A DNA stretch of 62,374 nucleotides, the filler included. It is 8 parts of 8 records of this genome, joined end to end, with 100 filler letters (N's around TTAATTAATTAA, not from the genome) between each part and the next. Parts side by side here need not be neighbours in the genome. Positions count along the whole stretch, not along the records: positions 1 to 14,362 come from SRR31147125_31007; 7 more parts are not named here. The stretch is one strand, 5' to 3'. The notes under the pieces were generated by a model. That model ran no database searches. It saw nothing but the letters and a program-made list of their open reading frames with translations, and had not been told where the DNA came from. Positions 1-10,236 of this stretch are shown here, in pieces. Position 1 is the first letter of the stretch. Each line of letters starts with the position of its first letter. The translations under genes and the position numbers were made by a program.

Positions 1-1434
1 AAAAGTTTCATAATACAACGTTGGTGAAATAGTATGGACAAGTTTTATACCAATTAAATTCGTATTTCGATTAATTATTGGATGAAAATATGGATAATAT
101 TCTTTAAAGCTTCCTCCATCATATGAAATAAGAGTTTCTGTACCCCACGCGGCATTTAGCCGCCCACCCGCGGCCGATGAAACCTCTGAGTAAAGGCCAT
201 TGACAGTTAATTTTAGATTCGGATTTATGTTATTTATAATTTTTAAAGATGTAATTTTTTCATCGTAATGATCAGTAGATTGAGGGTAATCCAATGGATG
301 ATATTCATATTTCCCTCCAAGCAGGAAATAAGTTTTCCATGGCATAAATGAAAACGGTCCTGATAAAGAAAAATCAATGTTATGCCCGTTTTTATTGCCA
401 TACTCCATCGGTCTATGACGCCATTTCCAAAGCTCATAGGCTTCCTGTGCGGTCAGATCATTGTCAGGATTTTCATCTGATAGTAAATTATCCGCAAATT
501 GATTCCAGCCCATCCATATCTTCTTTTCTTCATAAAGACCATCCGGTATAGATAATGTATCTCCTTCAAATGCTTTAGGTCCATCCAATAACCGCCATTC
601 CCAACGCCAATCTTTATCAAATTTATCACGACCATAATGAGGCTTATGGCTGGGTGTAAATTGGTAATCCACAGTAAACTGATAATTGCTGGAAGGATTC
701 TTTGTGATAATATTTATAATTCCGGAACGTGATTGTCCATATTCGGCGTTAAAGCCATTCCTCATAATTTTTATTTCCTGAATGGTACCAGGCTGAATTG
801 AGAATACGGGTCTGTTAAACTTTTTATCAACCATAGTCATTCCGTCAACTAAAAGCCCTACTTCCCTTGTATCTCCTTCCCGAATTTTTATTTTACCCTC
901 AATGATATTTCCACTTATACCGGATTGCAATCCAATAACGTTCTCTACGCGGTTTGCAAAAGGCGTATTTTGATACTCCTCGGCAGTCACATAGTTTTCT
1001 GTTGCGGATACATCAATCTGAATCTGGTCTCTGCTGGCTGTTACGAATATTTCATCAGCTTCTAACGAGGTTTCCTGAAGGGAAAAGTCAATAATAGTTG
1101 ATCTGTCAAGACTTACTTTTACGTACTGTTCAGTAAGTGAACTATAACCCATCATTCTGGCAGTGAGGGAATATAACCCGGGAGGTACTTTGAGTATAAT
1201 GAATTCACCATGAATATTTGTTGCTGCACCCAGTCCGCCATCAAAATCTCGTTCTGTGTTATTAATCCATACTTTAGAAAGAATAACGTTTACACCAGGT
1301 AAGGGGGCCCCACTATTGGAATCAACCACTTTGCCGCGTATTTTCCCGGTTACGCCGGCATGTAAAGGACAGATAAATAATATTATCTCACATATCAAAA
1401 TTAAGCAGATCAATAAAAAATTAAGCTTTCTCAT
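1..1434 (-). CDS. TonB-dependent receptor, N-terminal part (runs off the window edge; absent from the ORF track)
   Basis: Hand translation from ATG at 1434 gives MRKLNFLLICLILICEIILFICPLHAGVTGKIRGKVVDSNSGAPLPGVNVIL (signal peptide plus carboxypeptidase-regulatory-like domain), then the plug motif IQEIKIMRNGFNAEYGQSRSGIINIITK. The frame stays open to position 1. Confidence 0.9.
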   Translation of the reverse strand, partial: MRKLNFLLICLILICEIILFICPLHAGVTGKIRGKVVDSNSGAPLPGVNVILSKVWINNTERDFDGGLGAATNIHGEFIILKVPPGLYSLTARMMGYSSLTEQYVKVSLDRSTIIDFSLQETSLEADEIFVTASRDQIQIDVSATENYVTAEEYQNTPFANRVENVIGLQSGISGNIIEGKIKIREGDTREVGLLVDGMTMVDKKFNRPVFSIQPGTIQEIKIMRNGFNAEYGQSRSGIINIITKNPSSNYQFTVDYQFTPSHKPHYGRDKFDKDWRWEWRLLDGPKAFEGDTLSIPDGLYEEKKIWMGWNQFADNLLSDENPDNDLTAQEAYELWKWRHRPMEYGNKNGHNIDFSLSGPFSFMPWKTYFLLGGKYEYHPLDYPQSTDHYDEKITSLKIINNINPNLKLTVNGLYSEVSSAAGGRLNAAWGTETLISYDGGSFKEYYPYFHPIINRNTNLIGIKLVHTISPTLYYETF

Positions 1435-2423
1435 TTTACTGCCTTGTTAGTTATATGATTATTCTACTTGCATTTTCACAAAGAATTTGTAAATAAATTT
1501 ATTTGAGTTTTTGTCATGGATGCCTACCTTGTTTTAATAAAGAAATGAGGATCCATAACAAAACAAAAGTATACATCTAAAAGTAGAGTTTTTGCAGTTC
1601 CAGAGGAATTCCGGTCGTCATATGACGGAGCAGTCTGTTGTTGTCTTGGAGGTTTGAGCAAATTTCATTTTAACCACTTTTAGAAACAAACGATAGAAAA
1701 CAACAAATCAGTCTTTACAAAAGTTTCTAACGAATTGGATAAATATAATTTATCTTTAAAAAGTGAGTTGTCAAAAAGAATAACTTTTATTTTTTGTGCC
1801 AAGTATGATAGCTTATAAACTTAACCAGATGATACAGACAATTTGGGAAAAGCCTGGTTAATCTTTAAGAGACACTAAAATGTAATACTCATTATGGTTG
1901 GTGAATAAAATCGATTGGTTAAAATTGGACATTCATTTACAGTCATTCTATGTATTAAAATCAGCATCTAAAACAATAAAGCCTGGCTAAAAGTAATTTA
2001 AAATAATAACTGTAACAGAATAGCGAAAGATAAAGGGTGCGACGAAAAAAAAGATTAGAATCATAATGAAATGGTTTATCATATAATAGATCAACGTATC
2101 ATCTATATGAATCCACCAGTTGTGTAAATAGAAATTGAAAAAATAACAACAAGAAATAAAGGAAAATGTGCAATATAAATTAAATAATTATCCTTCACGG
2201 TCTCAAGAATCATATTGCCTTAAACTATCCAGATTGAATAAATCTTTAAAATTATTAGATTCTATCCTTTAAACTGAATTTATACTAAAAATGTAGCAAA
2301 GATAAAATTGCAAAGCAACCATTCATTAAAAAAAAAGCGAAATTTAATCAAAGTTTGTCAAGATCTTGTCCAATAATAATAGTTTTTGAATTCATCTGTC
2401 AAGATATAAATATACACTCATTC

Positions 2424-3977
2424 TTATAATCGTGTCACAGGGCTTTTTTTCACTTTTTTCAGCAACGCGGATAACTCTGTCACTTTATCAGGAAAATCAC
2501 CAGCCAGATTGGTTTGCTCACCTATGTCCTTGACCAGGTTATATAGCTGTGGTTGTGGATTGTTACCCAACTCAATATTAGTATTCGTGTTTATCCTGGA
2601 TCCGTTACCCGGTTCGATGTATTTCCAGCCATCTTTGATTATTGATAGAACGCCTGATGCAGAATGTTCGACTACATAGTCTCGATCCTTTTGAGATTTA
2701 CCGAAAAGAACCTCGAGTTTATTCATGCTGTCAGGGCCCGCATTTTCCGGCAATTTTTGACCGGACAAAGCTGCCAGCGAGGCCATGAGATCGATCTGAC
2801 TGAACAGCACGTGGGAAGTGTTTGGTGTTATGTGCTTTGGCCAGCGAACAATAAACGGAATACGAGTTCCTGCGTCAAAAGCGCTGTATTTCCCACCTCG
2901 CAATGGACCTGCCGGTTTGTGGTCCTGCAACAATTCAACGGATTGGTCGTGATATCCGTCATCGACAACCGGGCCATTATCGCTGGTAAGAATAACCAAT
3001 GTATTTTCCGAAAGATTTAGCTTATCCAATGACTCTAGCAATTCTCCGACACACCAGTCAAATTGCAGCGTGGCATCACCACGACCGCCCATCCCGCTTA
3101 CACCGGCAAAACGAGAATGTGGTACACGAGGGACATGGATATCATGAGTAGAAAAATATAAAAAAAACGGATTTTTCTGATTTTTTTCCAGAAACTGAAT
3201 GGCTTTGCTTGTAATCGTATCCGCCATATCTTCATCAATCCAGCGAGCAGATTTCCCTCCACTCATATAACCAATACGGCTGATGCCATTAATAATCGTC
3301 TGGTTATGTCCATGACTTGGGTGCATTTTAAGCAATTCCGGATGATCTTTTCCGGTCGGCTCGTCAAGGATGGGTTCTCTAAAACTGACTTTGATTGGAT
3401 CCGATGGATCGAGTCCAACCACTCTGCGGTTTTCAACATAAACGCAGGGTACCCGATCACCGGTTGCTGGTATCAGGAAAGAATAATCAAAACCAATATC
3501 CACCGGGCTTTGTGTTATTTCATTGTTCCAATCAGCCCCACTTTCAGGACCCAGGCCAAGATGCCACTTGCCAACAACACCGGTCGTATATCCGGCTTTT
3601 TGCAGAACCGATGGCAAGGTAACTCGTCCCGGTTTTATAATTGCCGGAGCATCACCCCGTGCAATTCCAGTCCCTTTCCTGCGCCATGCATACTCTCCGG
3701 TTAAGAGCGAATAACGGGATGGCGTACAGGTTGCTGAACTGCTATGTGCGTCAGTAAAACGCAATCCCTCTGCGGCGAGACGATCAACATTCGGTGTGTT
3801 TATTCTTTTTGCGCCATAACAACTCACATCACCATACCCCAGGTCATCTGCGTATATGAGTAAAATATTGGGACTGCGTTGTTGTTTTTTAGTACAGGAC
3901 AAAACACCGGAAAGAGTACCGGCTAATCCCAAACCTGCCAAACGAATAAAATCCCGTCGATTAACTTTTTCATTCAT
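2424..3977 (-). CDS. Arylsulfatase (formylglycine-dependent S1 sulfatase), Tat-exported, probable lipoprotein
   Basis: RRDFI twin-arginine motif, PNILLIYADDLGYGD, CTPSR signature, GKWHLG and SDNG. Confidence 0.95.
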   Translation of the reverse strand: MNEKVNRRDFIRLAGLGLAGTLSGVLSCTKKQQRSPNILLIYADDLGYGDVSCYGAKRINTPNVDRLAAEGLRFTDAHSSSATCTPSRYSLLTGEYAWRRKGTGIARGDAPAIIKPGRVTLPSVLQKAGYTTGVVGKWHLGLGPESGADWNNEITQSPVDIGFDYSFLIPATGDRVPCVYVENRRVVGLDPSDPIKVSFREPILDEPTGKDHPELLKMHPSHGHNQTIINGISRIGYMSGGKSARWIDEDMADTITSKAIQFLEKNQKNPFFLYFSTHDIHVPRVPHSRFAGVSGMGGRGDATLQFDWCVGELLESLDKLNLSENTLVILTSDNGPVVDDGYHDQSVELLQDHKPAGPLRGGKYSAFDAGTRIPFIVRWPKHITPNTSHVLFSQIDLMASLAALSGQKLPENAGPDSMNKLEVLFGKSQKDRDYVVEHSASGVLSIIKDGWKYIEPGNGSRINTNTNIELGNNPQPQLYNLVKDIGEQTNLAGDFPDKVTELSALLKKVKKSPVTRL

Positions 3978-4079
3978 GATTTATATCCCATGTTTTATTT
4001 GAACAATCCATTTATATGCTACATTAGCAATCAGTGGTGGTAATAATTCAATAAAAATAATAATGATTTCTCTACCAAA

Positions 4080-5030
4080 TCATTGACTAAAATCTTTTTT
4101 ATACTTTTGAACACAATGCTGGTAATGGTCTGTGATATACACACTGCCATCGGGAGCGATGGCTATGGCCAGGACGAACTGCTGGCTATCATCAGCCGGG
4201 CCACTGGTATTCCACGCAGTTTTAAATTTGCCTGCAGAATTGAAAACCTGAATACGAAAATTATACCGGTCGCACACAAACAAATCACCATTGGGTGCAA
4301 CAGTGATTCCATGCGGTTCGCTAAAATGACCGTCTGAGGCCTGAGCGCCCTCACCATAATTACCCCAGCGATTTATTAGTTGCCCTGATCGTGTAAATAT
4401 TGACAAACGATGATTCTGCCTGTCGCTCAATACAATATTTTGATTTTGATCAATAGTGATTTCATGTGGCATATAAAGTCTAAAGCCAATTTGCTCTTCA
4501 GAACCCCAACAATTTTGAAAATTCAAATCCCGGTCAAATATTTGAATACGATAATTAAACGCATCCACCACGTAGAGCACGTCATCGCTATCGATGACCA
4601 TTCCATAAGGATGTTTGAACTGACCTTTCTCTACCCCATAAACACCCGTTGCTTTCAGGAATTCACCTTTGGATGAAAATTTTTGTATCCGGTGATTATT
4701 CATATCTGAAACATAGACTTCACCATAGGAATTGATTGCGATTCCATAGGGATAATTAAATTGTCCGGGACCGTCACCCTGTTCTCCCCACATCTGGATG
4801 AAATTCCCTTTCGGACCGAACTTTTGGATGCGGTGATTATTTTGATCCACAACATAAATATTTGAGGACTGGTCGATAGCGAGCATAGTTGGATATTTGA
4901 ATTGTCCAGGCCTGTTGCCAAATCCTCCCCACTGATCTACCATGCGAAAATTGGATTGAGCAACAATAAAATCAAAATCACCCGCTAAAATTGCTAAAAC
5001 CACAGCAGTAATAAAAAGCAGCTTTTTCAT
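4080..5030 (-). CDS. Secreted NHL-repeat 6-bladed beta-propeller protein
   Basis: Signal peptide followed by six repeats of the type GQFxYPxGIAI...VYVxDxxNHRIQKF. Confidence 0.9.
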   Translation of the reverse strand: MKKLLFITAVVLAILAGDFDFIVAQSNFRMVDQWGGFGNRPGQFKYPTMLAIDQSSNIYVVDQNNHRIQKFGPKGNFIQMWGEQGDGPGQFNYPYGIAINSYGEVYVSDMNNHRIQKFSSKGEFLKATGVYGVEKGQFKHPYGMVIDSDDVLYVVDAFNYRIQIFDRDLNFQNCWGSEEQIGFRLYMPHEITIDQNQNIVLSDRQNHRLSIFTRSGQLINRWGNYGEGAQASDGHFSEPHGITVAPNGDLFVCDRYNFRIQVFNSAGKFKTAWNTSGPADDSQQFVLAIAIAPDGSVYITDHYQHCVQKYKKDFSQ

Positions 5031-5072
5031 TCTTATTGCCTTTTGTCATATAATATAGAGCTAAGATCAATT

Positions 5073-5963
5073 TTATTTAATATTATCAATGACTGTGATA
5101 AATTCTTCAACAACTTCTTTTGGCTGTACCTTGTTTCGATGTACGTAATTTTTACCATATCCTCCATTTTGACTGACATGTTTATCCAGCGCTTTATACT
5201 TGATATGGAGATAATCCCTCACATTAATTTGAACATCCGCTTTACCTCTCCCGGATTTCTGCGCATCCTCATCCAAGAGCCAGCCATTTACTGTCATCCA
5301 CAGTTTTCCCACAGGAACACTCAGGTCCATTGCTTTTTTGAAAGCCTGGTACATGATATAAGCACTGTTCCCATGATCATGTTTTTCTCCTCCCAATGTA
5401 TGCGTTATCACAATTTCAGGCTTGTATACCTCCAATAATTCATAAACCACATTAATCTCATCACTTAGCCGTGTGGCGACGCTGACGATTTGTCTTTTGG
5501 GCGGAGCAAAGTTATGAAACTCGTCAGAACCAATGTAGCATTGTTTCCGTCCCTGCCAGAACCAGGTTTCCCGAAAATCCAAAAATATGGGAATAGCGCC
5601 ATAAACCAAAGCGGCTTGTCGGGCTTCTTCAGCTCGTATCTGTATCGTTTCTAATGGACCGATGGGATATGTTTTAGGTGAATCTGAAACCGTAAATTTT
5701 CCACCATCTTTATCACCCGGTGCCCTTTCCAGCAAACAGCCAGCAGTGTTATTTGTTACGCATACGTAAACGCCTTGATACCCTTGAGCCATATATTTAG
5801 CTAATGTTCCACCCGCAATCTCGTCAACATCGTCTGCATGAGCGCCAAATACAAGTATACATTTATTTGGTTTGCGACTACTAAAAGCCAAATTTGATGC
5901 ACAACCCCAAAAAAGAAAAAACCATATAATACAACAATTGATCAGATAATTATAAAGGTTCAT
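5073..5963 (-). CDS. PIG-L/LmbE-family Zn-dependent de-N-acetylase, probably exported
   Basis: GAHADD metal motif, HDH motif and HVSQ near the C-terminus; hydrophobic N-terminus ending in WGC. Confidence 0.85.
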   Translation of the reverse strand: MNLYNYLINCCIIWFFLFWGCASNLAFSSRKPNKCILVFGAHADDVDEIAGGTLAKYMAQGYQGVYVCVTNNTAGCLLERAPGDKDGGKFTVSDSPKTYPIGPLETIQIRAEEARQAALVYGAIPIFLDFRETWFWQGRKQCYIGSDEFHNFAPPKRQIVSVATRLSDEINVVYELLEVYKPEIVITHTLGGEKHDHGNSAYIMYQAFKKAMDLSVPVGKLWMTVNGWLLDEDAQKSGRGKADVQINVRDYLHIKYKALDKHVSQNGGYGKNYVHRNKVQPKEVVEEFITVIDNIK

Positions 5964-6007
5964 AGTATCCTCTCAAGCTTTTAGTATCTAGCTAAAGTAT
6001 TTGGAAT

Positions 6008-6154
6008 TCAATTAGCATTGTGCCGATCATTGAGAACATTAAACATCTCTTTCAATTCAGCAACTGATTTAATTAATATTTTGCCGGACATATAAGAAAA
6101 CGAGATGATACAAAACAAAACAATGATTCCCCAGAATAGTGCCCATGCATTCAT
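6008..6154 (-). CDS. 48-aa single-TM small protein, putative symporter accessory subunit
   Basis: AAGGAGG ribosome site, and an ATG overlapping the symporter TGA (ATGA). Sequence MNAWALFWGIIVLFCIISFSYMSGKILIKSVAELKEMFNVLNDRHNAN. The track ORF 6008-6469 is an upstream over-extension. Confidence 0.75.
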   Translation of the reverse strand: MNAWALFWGIIVLFCIISFSYMSGKILIKSVAELKEMFNVLNDRHNAN

Positions 6155-7630
6155 TCGGCAACCTCCTTTACTTTTATTGGTCGTAGTATGTTCTGCAAAT
6201 AGGATCCGACAACCATGCCGATAAAAGCGAGCAAAAATCCGCCCCAGCCCATTTGCGACGCCCAGTTCGTTTTGAATTCCTCTGACAAAACCAAATATAA
6301 TATCGGTGGCAGCGCACCAAACGTAAATGCGAGATAGGCTCCGGCAGTTCGGGCTTTTTTCCAGTAAATGCCCAAAGCTATACTGACCAGCGTTCCGGGC
6401 AGAAATAACATTCCTGTCATTTGCAGGTAAAAGTACAAATATCCTTCCAACTCGTGAAACAGCGACCACCAGATAATAAATATCATCACAGAGGCAACCG
6501 TTATTCGGCTAATGAGTAATTGTTTTTTCGAACTCGTTTCCTTTCCCGTGATAAACTTGAATATAGTACCGATAATATCCTGCGAAACCACAGAACTCCA
6601 TGACAGCAAGTAGCTGGCATAAGTGGACATGGATGCTGCTAAAAGTCCGGCAAAGATTAATCCCAAAATGCCACTGGGTACAATTGCCTTAACCAGTAAA
6701 GGTAAAGCATCCAAACCATCGACCGGATCCGCAAAATAGGCAAATGCCATAATTCCCCAAAAAATAGGTAAAATCGCCCGCGACAGAAACATCAATCCCG
6801 ACCAGGTGTAAATTTTCATGCCGGTTTTAGAATCCTTTGAGGAAAACAATCGCATGGAAATAGACTGCCATGCAACAAGAACGGCTGTCCATATCAAAAG
6901 CTGCCATACCAAAAATCCAATCCCAAATTCCCCTTTAATATCGTCGGGAAAAAAGGATTGATTCCTTTTTCGCCTAGTTCCGAGACAACGGCATTGACGA
7001 TATTTCCCCAACCAATAACATACACTCCATAAACTGTTATAAAAATCATTCCAAAACTAAGGAGAGCATACTGCAGGTAATTGGTCAGAATAATAGAGAC
7101 CATACCACCTAACAATGTGTATATCAGTACCAACGTTAAAAGCACAACCATTGTAAGTAAAACATAATTTTCAGGAATTCCGGTTACAGTATTGATAAAT
7201 TTGGCCTCCACGCCAGGGAACACGCCAAAATTTAAAATTCCTCCAACCGCCATAAGGATACCCACATAAAACCGCACACCTTTGCTGAATTTTATGGAAT
7301 AGAATTCCGGATGGTCATGATTTTCATCTCTAACAAAGGCTTTATGATAAATCCCGTCTTGCCCAGGAAAAAGTAAACGATCATGGGTGGAAAAGCAATG
7401 ATTAGGCTTGCAAGACCCGCCTTGTAACCCAATTCTGCATAATATATATAGGTAATCATACCAATTTCAGTACACATCATGGATAGCAGGCCTAAATGAA
7501 ATCCCATGGTACGGTCTGCAACCAGAAAATCACCAATTCCTTTTATATATCTCTTAACAAGAGTACCTGAATAAAAAATCATTAGCAAATAAATGATTAC
7601 AATCCCGATATCGAAATAACTAAAATTCAT
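6151..7630 (-). CDS. Sodium:solute symporter (SSS) family transporter, split by two 1-bp frameshifts
   Basis: Three consecutive ORFs (7292-7630, 6894-7277, 6151-7011) join into one SSS protein (DFLVADR, MTI[P]EF, YTLLGGM, GLLAASMST) if one base is restored at ~7309 and one at ~6946-6954. Confidence 0.85.
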
Positions 7631-7700
7631 GAATCATCCTTTCATCACTTCTGTCGATGAGCAGCCTGGATTCTCTCATTAATGGAATATATTTATGCGA

Positions 7701-8651
7701 TTACAGCTTTATTTTCTCTTCATACTTTTCGACAATTTCACGAATATCATGGGTGAAATCTGTCCAAATATGTTCCCATTCTTTCTCTTTTCCTTCTTCA
7801 TAATGATAAAATTTTGTATCGCTATCTACCTTCTCCTGCATTAGTTTTGGGAGTTCTGTAGAATTGCACAGATCTGGAAATAGCCCTTCCATGACTTTTG
7901 CATAGATCGGCAATCCGGTTAAATCCATCCAGCGAAATGGTCCGAAAAGCGTCGCCCACCAACCGATATCATTGCGAAAGGACCGGTCGACTGTTTCAAT
8001 ATCAGCCACACCAATCTCCACCAAATGTATCGCCTCCCGCATCATTGCATACATTAGCCGGTTGGAAATCAATCCGGCAATATCATAATTTAATACAGTC
8101 GGCTTTTTCCCACATCTTTCACCTATTTTACAGGTAATTTCAACAAACCTGTCATCTGTATCTTTTGCACGGGAGATTTCAAGATAATGCGTAATTTCTG
8201 CCGGCTCAGCCCAGTGCATCCCGATAAATCTTTTTTTATGTGTCAATTGTTCCTGAAGAAGGGAAAGAGATATTCCGGACGTATTACTGGCAATAACAGC
8301 CTCTCTATCTATTACGGACTCGAGGATCTTGTAGATATTCCTTTTTAATTCCAGGCTCTCCCCTACAGTCTCGATTATGAAAGGACATTCCTTCAAGTCC
8401 TGCAGAGAACTAACATATTGAAAGCGTTCCTGCCACCCCGTTGACTCAGACTCCTGAATGATTCCCCGTGACAACAGCTTTTCCAGACTGTTGGCAATAT
8501 GAGCTAGTGCCTCCTGCTCACGGGCCGCCGTTCTACTGTATGCAATAACATTAAAACCGCTGGCAATCAGGCAGCTGCAAATTCCCTGCCCCATCAAACC
8601 CAATCCCACCAATCCGATTGTGTTCATTTCTTGACGACTGTTGTTGACCAT
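7701..8651 (-). CDS. 3-hydroxyacyl-CoA dehydrogenase family NAD-dependent oxidoreductase
   Basis: GLGLMG Rossmann motif, IETVGE, ASNTS, GMHWAEP, SNRL and GPFRWMDLTGL. Confidence 0.85.
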   Translation of the reverse strand: MVNNSRQEMNTIGLVGLGLMGQGICSCLIASGFNVIAYSRTAAREQEALAHIANSLEKLLSRGIIQESESTGWQERFQYVSSLQDLKECPFIIETVGESLELKRNIYKILESVIDREAVIASNTSGISLSLLQEQLTHKKRFIGMHWAEPAEITHYLEISRAKDTDDRFVEITCKIGERCGKKPTVLNYDIAGLISNRLMYAMMREAIHLVEIGVADIETVDRSFRNDIGWWATLFGPFRWMDLTGLPIYAKVMEGLFPDLCNSTELPKLMQEKVDSDTKFYHYEEGKEKEWEHIWTDFTHDIREIVEKYEEKIKL

Positions 8652-8665
8652 GTTTAAACTCCAGG

Positions 8666-9118
8666 TTATTCTTCGATTAAACTAATTTTCACCTTTTTAA
8701 CACCGGTAATGCGGGTATTGGCGGACGCTTTATAAAACGCGGTCGCGTCTCCTTCAATACGGGCAAAGATATTGACAAGAACCGGACCCTCAGCCATACT
8801 CGGTCGGCTGTCCCGATCGTAGAACCAGCAAATTTCAGATACATCGTCATCAAGACCATAGTGATCGTCACGATTAAGCCAGATATAAGCCACATCCCCG
8901 GTTTGCACAGCGCAGGTCGCTTTTTCTCTGCCAATTTTGATCTCCGTTGAAAGCAACATGGCGACCTCGCTGCCTGAATAGCGTGCATGAGTCGCATCAG
9001 ATTCAAGGGATAAATGTTTTAAAAGTTCATTGCAGGTACGAGGCATCTCTTCTTCAAGCAGCCGTGCACGTGCTACTATATTTTGTTCAATAAATCGCAG
9101 TTCAATAAATTTTGCCAT
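8666..9118 (-). CDS. DUF3830-like (cyclophilin-like fold) protein
   Basis: ARLLEEEMPRTC, HARYSGSEV, GDV and EICWFY resemble DUF3830. GGAGGA lies upstream of ATG 9118. Confidence 0.65.
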   Translation of the reverse strand: MAKFIELRFIEQNIVARARLLEEEMPRTCNELLKHLSLESDATHARYSGSEVAMLLSTEIKIGREKATCAVQTGDVAYIWLNRDDHYGLDDDVSEICWFYDRDSRPSMAEGPVLVNIFARIEGDATAFYKASANTRITGVKKVKISLIEE

Positions 9119-9138
9119 TCTTCCTCCAACAATCAGGT

Positions 9139-10236
9139 TTATTCCAGACATCCCCGGCCTTCAATGGGCCATACATCACTTATCTTATTATTTTGGCTTA
9201 TCCACATGTGTGAATAAAGATTATTTGTGGTACACCCATGCGGTGGGATGAGCCGTATCTTGTCTCCAATTAGCACATCCAAATTCCGAATGACAGTATG
9301 TTCTTCAGCAACATACAGCACGTCGGCATCCGGATGGCCAACAACCTCAGGTTTTGCGTATTCAGCGCCCATGCCTTTTAATCCTACATCCGTAGTGACT
9401 GTATTCCCTCTTTTTGAAATGACAGTAGTCAGTATAAATCGGGCATATTTAAATTCCGGACGTATCTTTTTATAAGCAGAATCCATCAACGCATAACTCC
9501 CGCATTGCAGTTCATCAATCCCGTCGATATTGCTGGTAATGTCATAAGTGCCGGTGCCTCCGGATGATACGATAACCGAAAAACCTTTATACTCAAGCAT
9601 CCGTTTTGTTTTCAGCAAGGGCTCCATCGCTTCTGTTACACGCCGCTTTCGTTCCTTATAATCCTCCAGTGTTACGATATGCCCCTCATAGCTTTGCAGT
9701 CCATCAAAGCAAAGCCCCGGTATTTTTGAAACGAAATCAGCAAGATTTAAGGTTGGTTCTCCCGGCAGCACACCACCCCGGTTCATACCAATATCCACTT
9801 CAACAAAGACTCCAACTGTGACTCCGAATTCCTGAGCAGCAACACTCAGTTCTTCAATTCCCTGACGGGAATCTACGGCCACTCGAACAGTTGCCTGTTG
9901 GTTCAAAAAAGCAATCCTTTTCGCTTTGACTGCACCGATCACCTGATTGGCAATCAAAACATCTTTTATTCCACCGGCAACAAGCTGTTCAGCTTCGGAA
10001 AGCTTGGCACACGTTATACCAACGGTATTCTCACAAGCCATTTGCCTCCGGGCGAGTGTAACACATTTATGAGATTTAAAGTGAGGGCGCAAGTTGCAAG
10101 GTCTGCCTTGAAAATATTCGGATAACAATGTCAAATTTTTCTCTATTGCCTCTACATCGGCAACAATAACAGGTGTGGGGAGTTGCACAATAGTTTTGCC
10201 GATCCATTCCTTAGCCAGAATTTCTTCATTTTTCAT
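9139..10236 (-). CDS. D-threonine aldolase/DSD1-family fold-type III PLP enzyme
   Basis: LPTP, LRPHFKSHK (PLP lysine), EVDIGMNRGG, YEGH, SGGTGT, EEH and HGC metal ligands. The ATG overlaps the ALDH stop. Confidence 0.92.
   Translation of the reverse strand: MKNEEILAKEWIGKTIVQLPTPVIVADVEAIEKNLTLLSEYFQGRPCNLRPHFKSHKCVTLARRQMACENTVGITCAKLSEAEQLVAGGIKDVLIANQVIGAVKAKRIAFLNQQATVRVAVDSRQGIEELSVAAQEFGVTVGVFVEVDIGMNRGGVLPGEPTLNLADFVSKIPGLCFDGLQSYEGHIVTLEDYKERKRRVTEAMEPLLKTKRMLEYKGFSVIVSSGGTGTYDITSNIDGIDELQCGSYALMDSAYKKIRPEFKYARFILTTVISKRGNTVTTDVGLKGMGAEYAKPEVVGHPDADVLYVAEEHTVIRNLDVLIGDKIRLIPPHGCTTNNLYSHMWISQNNKISDVWPIEGRGCLE

Noticed and set aside
1434-1775. Cobalamin or TPP riboswitch upstream of the TonB receptor
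   Set aside because: The conserved B12-box and TPP (CUGAGA, ACCUG) cores are not present. Kept only as an unknown structured leader.
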